Part shown: positions 25,787-39,094 of the stretch, one piece after another | Numbering within the stretch: the stretch's first letter is position 1 | Layout: each line of letters starts with the position of its first letter | Source of the DNA: Octopus bimaculoides | Taxonomy: Eukaryota | DNA length: 63,738 nucleotides | Assembly (NCBI RefSeq): GCF_001194135.2 | Contig: NC_068981.1 | Coordinates: 99,729,104-99,792,841, forward strand | Direction: 5' to 3' | Notes under the pieces: generated by a model | The model's database searches: none | Seen by the model: the letters and a program-made list of their open reading frames with translations, nothing else | Told to the model about the DNA's origin: nothing | Position numbers and translations under genes: made by a program

Positions 25787-26784
25787 CATGTTTTTTCCAG
25801 GCTATGCTATTATGCTAATTAATAATGTGTCAAATGTATCAATTAGTGATGTCATTGATAATTTTTTCCTTACCTCAATGACACCGGTGATATGTATTAA
25901 AAGTCCCCTTATAGAACTATCTTCATAAAAAAGTATAGAATTATATTATCACACTCAAATTTGAGAAACAAACACTCATAACGTTTTTCTTTTAAAACTT
26001 CATTGCCTGAGATTGATACCATGAAATTCCTCATACTGAACTCTTTCATTTAAGCTTAATTAGAATATAGTTTGCTTTTAAAATAAAAAAGTTAATTATA
26101 CTTAAATCCAATTTTTTGCCTAACTTATATTTTTTTCACAATATTTTACCTCACAACTTCTTTAATACAAATTTTTGTTGCAAGGGAACAAAACTATAAA
26201 ATTCTTCATGCTTTCTTCTATCATTGAAGCTAAGATAAATATATTTTGTTATTTAGATCTAAACTTGATTGGTGACATTACTTACTCTCCAATAACTTTT
26301 CTACAAATTTTGATGTAAAATTTTTTCTATTGGGTCATATCTCAATTTTTTATGCCAAAATGTAGCTAGGAACCAGTCCTCTTCAAAAATGTCAACAGTT
26401 TTCAATTTGGTTAAGAACTGAATTAGCGACAAGGTGCTACATGTGAGTAAATTGCAGCCTTAAGAATATTGTTCAACTACTACCATAGTTGAATGATAGA
26501 TAAAGCTATACTTTTCTAGCAAATGATTGCATGATAAGATTGAAGCAATTATATTGTGGAAAATCCATTTTTGTCATCTAAAAGGACACAAAAACCTGTA
26601 AAATTTATGTTCCGTTTATTTCTTGAAGTGTTAAATCTATTTGCACCACTGTGACATATATGTGTGTTTGTGAGAATGTGTGTGTATTCACACACACATG
26701 CACATAGATATAAACAAGAATAAGGAAAAAACACTCAGTACTGAAAGTTGAGTGACGCTGAGTGACATAATATATTAATTTCAA

Positions 26785-26905
26785 ATTTTGGCACAAGGCC
26801 AGCTAGTTCGAGGATGAAAGGCAAAGTTAACTTCAGTGGAATTTGAACTCAGAATGTAAAGACAGATGAAATACTGCTAAGCAATTCTGCCAGTTCACCA
26901 TCTTT
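26785..26905 (-). mobile_element. Internally deleted SINE family A
   Basis: Tail aattttggcacaaggccag is joined directly to ggatgaaaggcaaagtt...gaatttgaactcag. Confidence 0.75.
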
Positions 26906-27338
26906 TTGAGTGACGTAATATATTGGAAGCTGAAATTCTACAGAACATTTCTCCATTTTTTTTATGTTGCCCATTTACAGATATTTTCCATGAAATGTAG
27001 AATCAAAATGATTGAATACCATACAGATGCTGATTTCTTGACATGGGATAACAAAGAAATTAATTAATAAAGTAGTCACTGTTTGAAAATAGAGAGAATA
27101 TTTGTTACCAATCAAAGTCAAATTAAGAATGAATTATAGAAAGCAATATAGCAAGAATGAAAATATATGCTTATATATTATTACAGTTGTTGCTGTCATT
27201 GTTGTGGTCATCATTATTATTCTGTCTGTTTGGTATTGAGTTGCTGTTGTCAATTTCAACACATAATTGAGCATATTGCTTGCTTAGATGGATTGAAAGA
27301 CGTCATCCTTATTACAAAACAATATGTATATTGACAAT

Positions 27339-27373
<35 letters not shown>

Positions 27374-27523
27374 GTGTTGAAATTGCATAGGTCAGTCAAA
27401 ATTTGTTGCAGATTTTCAACATCTGGATGCCTTTCCTGTTAACAACTTTTCCCTGTTTTCAACTAAGATAATATTTCCCCATGATCAGACAGGTTTTTCA
27501 AGGAAGACTGGAAACAAACAGCC

Positions 27524-27558
<35 letters not shown>

Positions 27559-27855
27559 TAAACATGACAGGCTTCTTTCAGCATGTTAGCCAAATCCACT
27601 TACAAGGCTTTAATTGGCCTGAGGCAAAAATAGAAAACACTTGTCAAAGGTGCTGCGCAGTGAGACTAAACTTAAGACTACATGATTGGGAAGCATGCTT
27701 CTCAACCATAGAGTCATGAATACATCTATGGACATAAGCAAAAAATAAATAAATAAAAATAATAAATACAACAAAAGTAACAAATACAACAAAAGAATGG
27801 AGATAGAAATGGTTGTTATGTTAATGCATAACTAGCATTTTTTTTATTTAAACAG

Positions 27856-27876
27856 TTGGAAGTACATTATTATCAG
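27856..27876 (+). other. Candidate 21-nt microexon TTGGAAGTACATTATTATCAG
   Basis: Acceptor gcattttttttatttaaacag, consensus donor CAG/gtaagt, length a multiple of 3, no stop in any frame. Confidence 0.4.
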
Positions 27877-28394
27877 GTAAGTATTCTGAAGAATGCAATA
27901 ACCAAGCATTTTTAAACATTCATTTAATCCATTGTCATTTTGAAATACAATTGATAATTTCTCATATAAACAATTAATTTTCTCAAATGACAATAATTTC
28001 TCTTTTCAAACAGAGTCAATTTCTCTATTAGTGCTAAATGTAAGTTAATCAAACCTGCTAAAAACAAGATAGCAAGATTTCTTAGATTTCAATATATATA
28101 TATATATATATATATAATTACTAAATAAATAAAAATTAAATATAATTTCTCTTCCATTGTGAAATAATCATATATCTATATTAAATTAGTTTAGTTGCGT
28201 CAACAAAGAACAATACTGCAAACTTATGCATGTAATGGGGGAGTGAGAAATGGTTAGAGACAGGGAATGGACAAGGCAGTGAATATTATGAAGAACAAAA
28301 GGTTCTAATTAGGAGAGGTAGAGAAAAGGAAAGTGTAATTGACAAGTGTAGAAATTAGGTGCTAATCTCTATGTTGTTGCAGTTTTAGAATATG

Positions 28395-28474
28395 CTATCT
28401 AGAGCAAGTGTCTTCTGTAGCTCTGGGTCAACCAAAGTTTTGTGAGTGAATTTGATAGAGAAACTGAAAGCCTG

Positions 28475-28535
<61 letters not shown>

Positions 28536-28762
28536 CATACATACAAGTGCAGAGTGGCTGTGTGGNNNNNNNNNNNNNNNNNNNNNNNNNNNNNNNNNNN
28601 NNNNNNNNNNNNNNNNNNNNNNNNNNNNNNNNNNNNNNNNNNNNNNNNNNNNNNNNNNNNNNNNNNNNNNNNNNNNNNNNNNNNNNNNNNNNNNNNNNNN
28701 NNNNNNNNNNNNNNNNNNNNNNNNNNNNNNNNNNNNNNNNNNNNNNNNNNNNNNNNNNNNNN

Positions 28763-28858
<96 letters not shown>

Positions 28859-29065
28859 GCATTTGTGTGTCTGTGTTTGTTCCTATCACCATTGTTTGAC
28901 AACCAATGTTGGTGTGTTTATGTCCCCATAACTTAGTGGTTGGCAAACGAGACCAATAGAATAGGTACTAGGCTTACAAAAGAATAAGTCCTGGGGTTAA
29001 TTTGTTTGATTAAAGGCAGTCTCCAGCATGGCCACAGTCAAATGACTGAAACAAGTAAAGAAATA
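28395..29065 (+). mobile_element. SINE family B with an expanded internal microsatellite and an N gap
   Basis: CORE-like gagcaagtgtcttct..., (CA)n/(GA)n/(GATA)n tract, then ttgacaaccaatgttggtgtg...aaatgactgaaacaagtaaag. Confidence 0.8.
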
Positions 29066-29539
29066 TACATATATATATATTATATAAAAGTATATGTTAA
29101 TGATAGTTTACAATATTATAGGTCTATATCACCTGATCTTACAAATTGCTCTCACATAGGGAGATAACAGCAGCAGAGTTAAATAACGCCATGTACTCTT
29201 CAGAGATGGAAGTAATGGGAGAAAAATATATCTCGGAAGAGCTTGTGGTCTTACTTAACTGAGTTGTTATCTAATATCCAGATATTTGACACCCAGTGCA
29301 AAACTGATTGATAAGATTGGCTGAAATGGATCTACAATACTGTATTATTTGATTAAAATACCTACTCTATTGACAAATATACAAGTGAATAGTTTTTTTC
29401 TGAATTCTTAGATTTGGAACCAGGTGAAGGTTGACAACAGGAAGAGCGTCCAGCTGTAGAAAATCTGCCTCAATGAATTTTGTGTTACCCACCAATGCAA
29501 GCTTGGAGAAATGGACACTAAAACAATAATGTGTGTGTG

Positions 29540-29860
29540 TCATCATCATTATGCTGGCATGGGTTGGACGGTTTGACTGGCTCCAATCTGATCTGGCAAT
29601 GTTTCTACAGCTGGATGCCCTTCCTAATGCCAACCACTCCAAGTGGGTGCCTTTTATGTGCCACCAGCATGGCAGCCAGTCAGGCGGCACTGGCATCAGC
29701 CATGTTCAGATAGTGCTTTTTACATGCCACCGGCACAGGGACCAGTCGGGGCAGGGGACTGGCATCAACCACGTTAGGATGGTACTTTTTATGTGCCACC
29801 AGCATGGGGAGCCAGATAGGCGGAACTGGCAACGACCCATGCATGAATGGTACTTATTGC
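29540..29860 (-). mobile_element. Older RTE 3' UTR with about 3 internal 60-65 bp tandem units
   Basis: Repeated ttttatgtgccacc(a/g)gca..gccagt..ggcactggca units behind an RTE tail. Confidence 0.7.
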
Positions 29861-30984
29861 ATAATAATAATAATAATAATAATAATAATAGTCCCTCAAG
29901 TTCTGCAGTTTTTTGAACAACCTGTACAGATGGTTTGTTTATAGTGATCAAATGCTTGCGCTGTACATAAGCTCACTGTCTCCATCAAATCAACATTGCC
30001 TGTACAAACGTACAATGTGCCACATGTCAGATGTTGAGGAGATCACAGAGCACAATGCACTGCCTGGTCCAGGAATTGAATCCACAATCATGCGATCAGG
30101 AGTGCAATACCCTAACCACTAGGCCATCTGCCCTTACACATAAAAACACATGATACACGCACATGCACACACACTCTTAAATTTATCTGTGGATCTTGCA
30201 CAACCAACATAAGGCAATATTTTGCAATACTTTATTTTTTAATTCTTGTACAACATGAAAGTGAGATGCTGCTGTGTTTCCCAGTACTTTTTAACTTCCA
30301 TTTCTTCTTTTACTATAAAGTATTCTATCATCTTCAAGCTGACATGGTTATTCAAAACATTTAAATAAACACTTAAAGTGAAAATTTATTATAAGCATTC
30401 TGTTTTTTATTATAAATACAGCTTTAAACTTTATGGTTTAGTTTGAAGAAGGACAGTGTCTATCGCCTTTCTGGGGCCTCTGAGACTAGTGAGGGGAAAG
30501 GAATAAGAAACCATGACTCATAGATTATTGCAGTAGAAAGCAATATAATAGGATATTGAGTTATCTTCAGACTGGAGACCTGATATGAATGCTTGCAACA
30601 AAGTAGATTCCACTAAAAAGCACCTAAGGGCCTGTTGTTGTTATTGATGGTGGTGGTGTTAAACTAGATAACAAATTAAGTCTACTGTCCAATGTATCTC
30701 TTTTCCTATAACAATAATGCAATTAAGTCATCTCCGGCTTTGAGTTCAAGTCTATACTGACCTCCAAGATAACTTTTTCAGCATCTATAAAAGATGAGTG
30801 TAGAGTTGTGATTGGATGCAAGAAACAATAATTAAATACTTACAAATACTCTATACAATTTAGTGGGATGAGACAGAGATAAATAAGCTAATTGTGATTA
30901 ATTATTATGAATGGTTCAATGAAGAATTCTTCAGTTTATTCTGAAATATTCTAGTTGTGTCTTATAATGTTTTTCTATCAGGTT

Positions 30985-31351
30985 TGGCTGTGTGTTAGGA
31001 AGTTCGCTTCCCAGTCACACTGCGTGGAATCTTGGGTGAGTGTCTCCAGGCTGACCAAAAGCCTTTTGAGTGGATTTGGTAGACAGAAACTGAAAGAATC
31101 TTGCTGCACGTGTGTGTGTTTATGTCTCCTTGTCTTGACATGGCATGATAGTTGTAAATGATTGTCACTGACATACAAGCATCATCATTTCCAATATTCT
31201 GTGAGAACATGTCTGGCCATAGGGAAATATTACTTTGCTTGAAAAGAAGTGAGGGTTGGTGACAGGAAGGGCATCCGGACACAGAAAATCTGCTTCAAAC
31301 AAACTCCATCCAACCCATGGAAAATTGGATATTAAATAATGATGATGATGT
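30985..31351 (+). mobile_element. SINE family C (family-B head/CORE plus RTE tail)
   Basis: tggctgtgtgttaggaag...cttgggtgagtgtctc...gacaggaagggcatcc...ccaacccatgg...gatgatgatg. Confidence 0.75.
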
Positions 31352-32541
31352 TTCAGTAACTGATTCCAGACATACATAGTTAGTGAGCATCCTCTATTTC
31401 AAACTAATATAGTTGTAAAATTTTCTATTGACACATAAACTTGGGATATACATTTTTGAATTATCTTCTTTGTAACAGAGTTAAAGATTCCCTATTTTTG
31501 GCATCATTCCACTAAATTCAAGTTGTTTGTAGCTGTATAAAAATCAATAAGCAATTGGTTTGCAATCATGAATTTAGTCAAATGTACACAAAGATATATT
31601 TGTGTTTACATATTTATTCACATAAAATAGTACAAAGTTTGTCTATATAAAGATGTTCCAACACTTGATAGGTGTTCATGTATTATTACTATCTTTGTTT
31701 CATTAATATGTGAATGAATACATTGATATTATTTATCTATTGAGAGGTAACTCTTTTTGGGGCGTATTAGTTGTGTGCATCTTATATCCTGAAAAGTCGT
31801 TTAATAAACTTAATAAATTTATTTGTTTTAAATAGACAATATCTTAATAATTTATTCTAATTTATTAAATTGGTGTTTAAGTAACCAATTGTAAAATATC
31901 TTTACTTAATTTGGGTTCTACAACCAGGTGACTAATATTAGCTAACAAGACATCTATGTAATTTTTTAACCTGCTAGAAACAACAGCTAAATCTCCTTCA
32001 AGTTACAACCTACAGTCTTTAAAATAACATAGAACACATTAGATAATGTTGTCTTAGATACATTGACTAAAAAACGAGTTGGTCATGATTAGAATGTCTT
32101 CGATTGTAGGTTTACTTAGCCACTGCTGACCTGTGGCTCAATAACTATAACAACAAATATAGCATAAGATTGAGTGAGTAATCAGTAGGGCCTACCTTTC
32201 CTAAAGTAAGCTGCATGGTTGCTGTAATACCATACTTTTGATAGCCTTGTGTCTAAATTAGAAAGCATTATTACACTGTGCTTTTCCTTTTGTAACTACT
32301 TCTGAATCTATTTCTTATTTTCTGCTTTATTTGTAAGCATTATATAAACATTGCTAATTTACTTATAAACATTACTAATTAATTTATTTTATGAACAAAA
32401 TATCAAATTTACCTTCTAGTATTTATGATATTTAGCTTGGTACACACATTGTGTTCCTATCTTTCTTTGCTATGTTAGGTAAACATTAACTCAGGAACTT
32501 CAGCAAAAAATTTAAGGGATATTACTTCATTTCTTTAACAG

Positions 32542-32617
32542 ATAGAAACCAATTACTTGCCAAGTACTTCAAGAAAATAGAAAGACAAAGTTCTATTTTT
32601 CTCACATCAGTGAAGCG
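32542..32617 (+). other. Candidate 76-nt exon (phase 1 to 2; xRNQLLAKYFKKIERQSSIFLTSVKR)
   Basis: Acceptor attacttcatttctttaacag, donor GCG/gtgaat, only one open frame. No family recognised. Confidence 0.35.
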
Positions 32618-33609
32618 GTGAATTTTAATAATAAATTGTAAATTTTACTAATTAGTTTGATTGATTAACTGACACATTTTTTCATTATATTTAGCTATTA
32701 TATATGTGACTGCTTGAAAGGGATAGCAGATACATAATTTATAAAAATCTTTTTAATAAAGATCTATAAAGTTAACTTGAGTAAACCAAGCAATTGCTAT
32801 TCCATTTGTGATTCACATGGGGTTGTTTAGATAAATATTTACATATTTTAAGTAGTTATAGAGCATGTAATGTAGTCTTTGAAAATTCATGAGTAAAAAT
32901 AGCTAACAAATTGAATTGTCAAAGTGTATAGCTAAAACGCAAATTGTCAATTGAATTTTCACATAAACAATTCAGTTATAGAGAGACATATTAAAATCTA
33001 AACATCATTGCTAATATAAACATTTAAAAAATATTTTCTCTTGATAAAGAGCTTTTTCTGGAAACTCTAGTACTTATCTCCCCATGACATTCAAATGGTT
33101 TTAGCCAGTGCATAGTATTGCTAGTTTACTTGGATTCTAGTTTTTATTCATAGTTGTAGTAAGCAGACGAGAGTGAAATCCCTGCCAAAATAGAGTATCA
33201 GTTTATCTTATAGAGACCTGATAAACTGAGTCAATGAAAGATTAAAAGTCGTATGAAAGTGTGAACTCATAATCTTGTACCTCATCTCCTTTTACTATCT
33301 CATCTGAATTTAGAACTTTTGGCTTGTAGGATTTGAGAAAATATTTCATCTATACTATCTTGAAAATTAATAGTTGAGTAGATAAAGTATTGGACAACTT
33401 GTTTATAGGTTGTAAGTTCAAATTTTATGGAGATGTTTCATTGTTTCTGTATTGAATATCATTCCACTTTGCTTAGGCTCCAAGTTAATTTGAAAGTGTT
33501 ATCCATGGTAGACTAGAATTCTACCAGTTGTTAAATGTCATAAAACCAGAGCTCGTATACCATGGGGAAATGAGTATTAATGCATCAAGAAAAGCTTAAA
33601 TGCTTGTGA

Positions 33610-33825
33610 TACTGGTTTCAAATTTTGGCACAAGGCCAGCAAGTTTGGAGGAGGGGCTAAGTTGATTACATCGACCCTACTCCTCAACTGGTACTTATTT
33701 TATTGACCCCGAAAAGAGGAAAGGTAAAGTCAACTTTAGCTGAACTCAGAACATAAGGATGGACAAAATGTCGCAAAGCATTTGGCCCGACATGATAACA
33801 ATTCTGCTAACTTGCCACCTTTAAA
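33610..33825 (-). mobile_element. SINE family A
   Basis: Same modules as the other family A copies. Confidence 0.8.
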
Positions 33826-34804
33826 CGTCTATGATATTGTGAGCAATATAGGTTCTAATACTTCAATATTAACTGAGGTGTTTGTGTAATTTTGCTTTGA
33901 AACTCCAATTTTTAAGCTGATTCTAGTTGTTAAGAATTGAGAAGAGGCAGCTGTTGTAATGTCTATATAGTGTATCAAATCTACAATGTAGGATGTTGTG
34001 AGGAAATCATTATTTTAATGACTGTCATATTAGCATGATAAATCACAAATAAACTGTAGTGTTTCATTTTGAAGACATCTGAACAGCAGAGTAGCAATAC
34101 TGTGTACAGTAATATTGCATTGATGGTAGTAATAATACCTGTAATGCAAAGGTCGGCTGCTTTTATAGTCTAATGGATGAAAGTCATTTTAATGTTTAGA
34201 ACATTAAAAATTGCTCAAGATCAAATATGTAAAGAAAAACAATATTGATTGCAGATACTTTTTTTATTGGTAAGTATGAAAAATAACTATGTGTATTTTA
34301 CTTGTGCTTGGGGTTTTCACTAAAAGTATAATTACACTGTACCAGCTGAAATATTCAGGGTTAAATTACTAAATAAATACACAGAAATGCATATCTATAT
34401 ATATATATGCAAATAAGAAAGAGAAGTGTTTAGAAATTAGACGATTATTAGGTGTCATATAAATGATAAATACTACTTTTTACATTTACAACATTAAAAA
34501 TCAACAGTGCTAAATTAAGATCAAATATATGGTGAAAAAATAAAATATATAAGCTGGTCATCAATATTTTTCATTTGCAACTACAAGAAATAAATATGGA
34601 TGCTTTATTCCCACTAAGGTCTTCAGCACATGTATAATCAAGCTCTATCTTACCAAAATATTAGCGATTTAATCAATGCATAGTAAAGATAAAGTTTAGA
34701 ATATGTTACTGCTTTGATTATGAATTATATATAGCAGAAATGTAGTTGTAGAATGATATTAATTAAACTAAAAAATCATCATTATGATATTTCTTTTACT
34801 ACAG

Positions 34805-34832
34805 TGAGATCTATATAACAAAACTACAATGA
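34805..34832 (+). other. Candidate terminal coding exon start (T GAG ATC TAT ATA ACA AAA CTA CAA TGA)
   Basis: Strong acceptor atttcttttactacag. Phase 2 matches the end of 32542-32617. Confidence 0.3.
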
Positions 34833-36584
34833 ACACAGTATAGAAGAATTACAATTTTGAGTATAAAAGAATTCCAATGCAGAGTATTCCAATGCAGACT
34901 CCGATATTAAACTTGACTGTAGCAAAACTGTGGAGTTCAGAATTTGATTCTGATTCTGGTTTGAAGCCATTTTAATTTACTCACACTTCTAGTGCATATT
35001 AGTAATGCATGAATATCACAATTTCCTACTTCCTCACCTCTAAATTGCAGAAAGTTAGTAACAAGTCAAAAACAGAAGCTGATATTAAAACTTATCTGAT
35101 TATCTCTAGAGAAAGGCAGGTAGAGTAACTTGAAGGTAAGACAACAGAGTAAACATGAATATTCTCAGAATGTGAGCAGGCATGTTTAATCTTTTACAAA
35201 CCATCTAATGAAACTCACTGTATGCTTCAGTTAATTTTGAAATTATAGAATTTGAAGGGATTTTCATAAAATAACTAACTTATTTAAGCAGAACACATGA
35301 TATTCTTACATAAAATTATGATGGGTACTTTTGATTTAATTACAAACACTTTAAAATGATAGGTTTTATTTTCATAGGACCAGAGGGAGTTTCAAACACA
35401 TTGGTATCAAAAGGGTTCAATAATTTAAAACATATTCTGTATTCTTCTTGTGTTGGTACCAGTTGTGTAGCTGCACATATTGTGGAGCAATTATTTTTCT
35501 CATCTCATTTCTGCTTTCCCACAATGTCAGTTTTAACATAGAAAAGAACTACAGTTATATATTTTTAACAATTAGTCTGAAATTTTGGGAGAAGTGTTCC
35601 AACATACAAGGATCTTTATTTTGTTTGAAATTTCTACCATTGAAATTGCCAAGATACTAGGAGTGGAGAGAATTTTCCAATTTTATCACTTTTGGTAAAT
35701 TTCTTTAAAAATGGATGCAAAAGGTTAAAAGAGAAAAACAAAAGTAAAAAAAAAAAAAAGTTGTCAAATTATGATACATCAGGTTTGAAAATTAGGATTT
35801 TGTATGTTGTGGGAAATGAGAATTCTGATGGTTCACAGGATGCAAACACACTTGTTATGAGCCTATATTTTAAAGAAAGCCTTCTTTATTAATCAGAAGC
35901 AAAGGGAAGAGGAACCTTTGGTAAAGAATTACCTATTTATAAAACACTTTTGTCCTATTTTGTACATTATACACACATGTATGTATTTAACACTGATTAC
36001 TGAAATATTTCATGAGTAATATGAAATGGGGCCTACATTTTACACCTGGTCTGAGCTTGTTATCATTTGAAATGAAGCCTATATTTCATATCTGGCTTGG
36101 ACCTGTTACTAGTTTTGCATGACCCTGACAAGATGCAGAATGTTTTTGTTGAAGCAGATTGCTACTAGTTTTTACAGACTCTGGGTTCTGTGTGAGGTTA
36201 TAAATATTCTGCCTTACATTGAGATACAAACTAGTGAACTTCTCAGTCCCTTAGTATCTTAATGTAGGCAGTAAAATCTCAGTTAACAGTCTGCATCATG
36301 GCTTAGGTTTCTGATTGTAGCCCTTCATTTTATGTGTTCCCCTGATGTGTCTGGGAATGACATGAAAATCACAACTGCTATTCTCATTAAATAATTCAGA
36401 TCACTGACATCATTTATGCACACATGTGAGGAGTAAATAAATACCATTTTTTAAATTCTAATGAATTGATAAGTACCTCCATAATAATTTAACATGCTTA
36501 AAGTAAATACTGAATAACTTTTTAATTACTATAAATTTACACAGGTACTGTAGACTCTCAAAACAACCAACAAAGGAGTCTATG

Positions 36585-37035
36585 TGATTCTTCAACTTGT
36601 TAGAAACAACAGCCAAATTCCCTCAAATCTTAATCTATCATCTTAAAAAAAGGCACATCGGAAAATATAGGCAGCGAGCTGGCAGAAACGTAAGCACTCC
36701 GGGCAAAATGCTTAGCGGTATTTTGTCTGCCGTTACATTCTTAGTTCAAATTCTGCCAAGGTCGACTTTGCCTTTCATCCTTTCGGGGTCGATAAATAAA
36801 GTACCAGTTACGCACTGGGGTCGATATAATCGACTTAATCCCTTTGTCTGTCCTTGTTTGTCCCATCTATGTTTAGCCCCATGTGGGCAATAAAGAAATA
36901 AGGAAAATATAGAGTCCCAAATACAGTATATTAGAGAAAAGAAAATAAGATTGGTTGGACATGGTTGAAATGCCTTTGAACACAAGTCCATTTGTTTAAT
37001 CAAGACTGACTGGGGCCAATAACAACAACAACAGT
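36585..37035 (+). mobile_element. (AAC)n-tailed retroposon fragment split by a SINE insertion; family also at about 18990-19130, 23300-23640, 31930-32155 and 44330-44560
   Basis: Shared motifs tagaaa(c/t)a(a/g)cagc(c/t)aaat...(g/a)gaatg(c/t)c(t)ttgat...aacaacaac across the copies. Confidence 0.6.
36671..36901 (+). mobile_element. Young SINE (family A head and central domain, alternative 3' tail) with an 11-bp target-site duplication
   Basis: TSD ggaaaatatag at 36660-36670 and 36902-36912. CpGs retained. Tail tttgtcccatctatgtttagccccatgtgggcaataaagaaata. Confidence 0.92.
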
Positions 37036-37592
37036 TACACAAATGCTTGACTTGTATTTTAAAAATATCACAATACTCTGTCTCATATTACAGGTATTAC
37101 TGCTCTGTTAAATGTTGATATATTTCTTTATCAATCAATAACTGCTTCTAATATCATTCCATTTTAAAGAATACAGGTCACCTATTTATAAAAGACTAGG
37201 TTTTCAGATGGTGCTTTCTAAGATGAAAGCTTTCTAAATCAGATTTAATTTCTTTTTTCATTTTTGTATTTTCTAGACATTATCTCGATAAAAATACTAT
37301 TGTCCTTTTTAATGAAGAATAGAATATCTAATTTCAATTGAATAAAATAATTAGTTTACAATTCCTGCATGGGTTGAATGTCTCTAGAAATTTAGAGGTT
37401 TGTTGGAACTGTTATGCAATTACTTTTACAGAAAAAATTTACAGAAATTATTTAGTCATATCTAACATAGGAATGGGACGAAATATGCAGCAGTGTTTTT
37501 TTCTATTCTTTTACTTTTTTAAGTTAAAAGGGATATTTTAGGGTCTTGCAGTAAACTATTAATGGGGATTGAAAAATAATCATGTAAATTAA

Positions 37593-37806
37593 TCCTTTAA
37601 CATTTAAACCAGTCATATTCAGCCCCAGATATTGTACCTGTTTTTACATGCAAAACTGACTAGATCCAACTCACCTTAGAATATTATTCTAAAAATAAAC
37701 AATTACATCACCGAAATCTCAAAGCTACAAGATAATGCATGATTAATTCAAAACAATGTGAATAAATAATCATTGCATTTGTCAAAGTATTCTGAATGCT
37801 AACGGG
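37593..37806. mobile_element. piggyBac-like MITE with TTAA target duplication
   Basis: ttaa/tcctttaacatt ... aatgctaacggg/ttaa: degenerate CCCTTTAGCATT TIRs flanked by TTAA. Confidence 0.7.
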
Positions 37807-38132
37807 TTAAATTCTCTTTCATGATTCCTTCAAAGGAGGAAAGGCAGCCTTTTCAGAACCTCCCAGACTAAGGACTTAGCCTGAATGTTTGCAACAAAGT
37901 ATATGCTGCTAAAAGTATTCATCAGCCAAGGAGTGATGTTAAACATGTGGCATACTAAGTCTACCATCTAAGAACAGAAACAATCCCATTGTTTGGCAAC
38001 CAGTTCCATTTCCCAAATTCCACTCACCAAACTTTGACACATGTAAACTATGACAGAAGATACATTTCTGGAGTACTGTGCACCCAAAACAAACATAGTT
38101 GTGAAGCAAACTTCTTAACTACACATACCTAA

Positions 38133-38346
38133 CCCTTTTGATACCAACTTGCCCAAGACTGCCCTTGAGCCTATGGTTTAAACTACCTGTTTTAAAGTCA
38201 TCTAAATTAAAACTTCATGTTAATTAATTTGTTTAAACACCAGCTTAATAATGATAAAATTATTTTTTTACAAATTTCTTTGTTATTTTCCAAATAAACT
38301 GAAAGAAAAATAGTGTATTTCAACAGAAATGTGGTAACAAAAGCAG
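38133..38346. mobile_element. Second piggyBac-like MITE family; a related terminus lies at 35401-35420
   Basis: ctaa/cccttttgatacca ... tggtaacaaaagcag/ttaa. Confidence 0.6.
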
Positions 38347-38451
38347 TTAAGTTAAACTTTAAAAGCAATCTCTGCTACCATAATTAATGACCAAGCAAGT
38401 CATCATCTAACTTAATTATTTTACAAATTTTCTTCAAATTTAGGTGCATAT

Positions 38452-38718
38452 AGGCACAGGTGTAGTTGTGTGCTAACAAGCTTACTTCCCAACCACATAG
38501 TTCTGGGTTCAGTCCCACTGCATGGCACCTTGGGTAAATGTCTTCTACTATAGCCCCTGTAACTTAGCAGCTCAGCAAAAGACACTAATAGAATAAATAT
38601 CAGACTTAGAAAATAAATGGAAGTCCTGGGGTCAATTTATTTTACTAAAACCATTCAAGGTGGTGCTTCAGCATGGCTGCAGTCAAATGACTGAAACAAG
38701 TAAAAGATAAAAGATAAA
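38452..38718 (+). mobile_element. Internally deleted SINE family B
   Basis: Head ggcacaggtgtagttgtgtg..gggttcagtccc and CORE are joined to the tail ...aaatgactgaaacaagtaaaagataaaaga. Confidence 0.8.
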
Positions 38719-39094
38719 TATTCATTCTAATTCAGTTAGAAAGATTTGGATGAGTGAACCAATAGGTTTTCTTTCTTTAAAGGGATAGCACAATATTAAT
38801 AATGTGGTCTGAATATATGACTGATTAATTAGTAGTCCACCTCCTTCACCTTACAATCATATTTAATGTTTTGCAAAGGTAAAATATTAAAAAAAACTAA
38901 TGGTATGATTTGTAAAAATTTTTTCCCATTAACTGGGGAGATTAAAATTTCAGATGCTTAAAGTACTTGTAAACTCTTGAAAATTCATGTAACCTAGTTT
39001 TAAAATTAATATATGCATTTTAAAAGCAAACACAGACATTATATAGTAGAAGTAGTAGTAATAGTACTACTACTACTATTAATAATAATAATGA

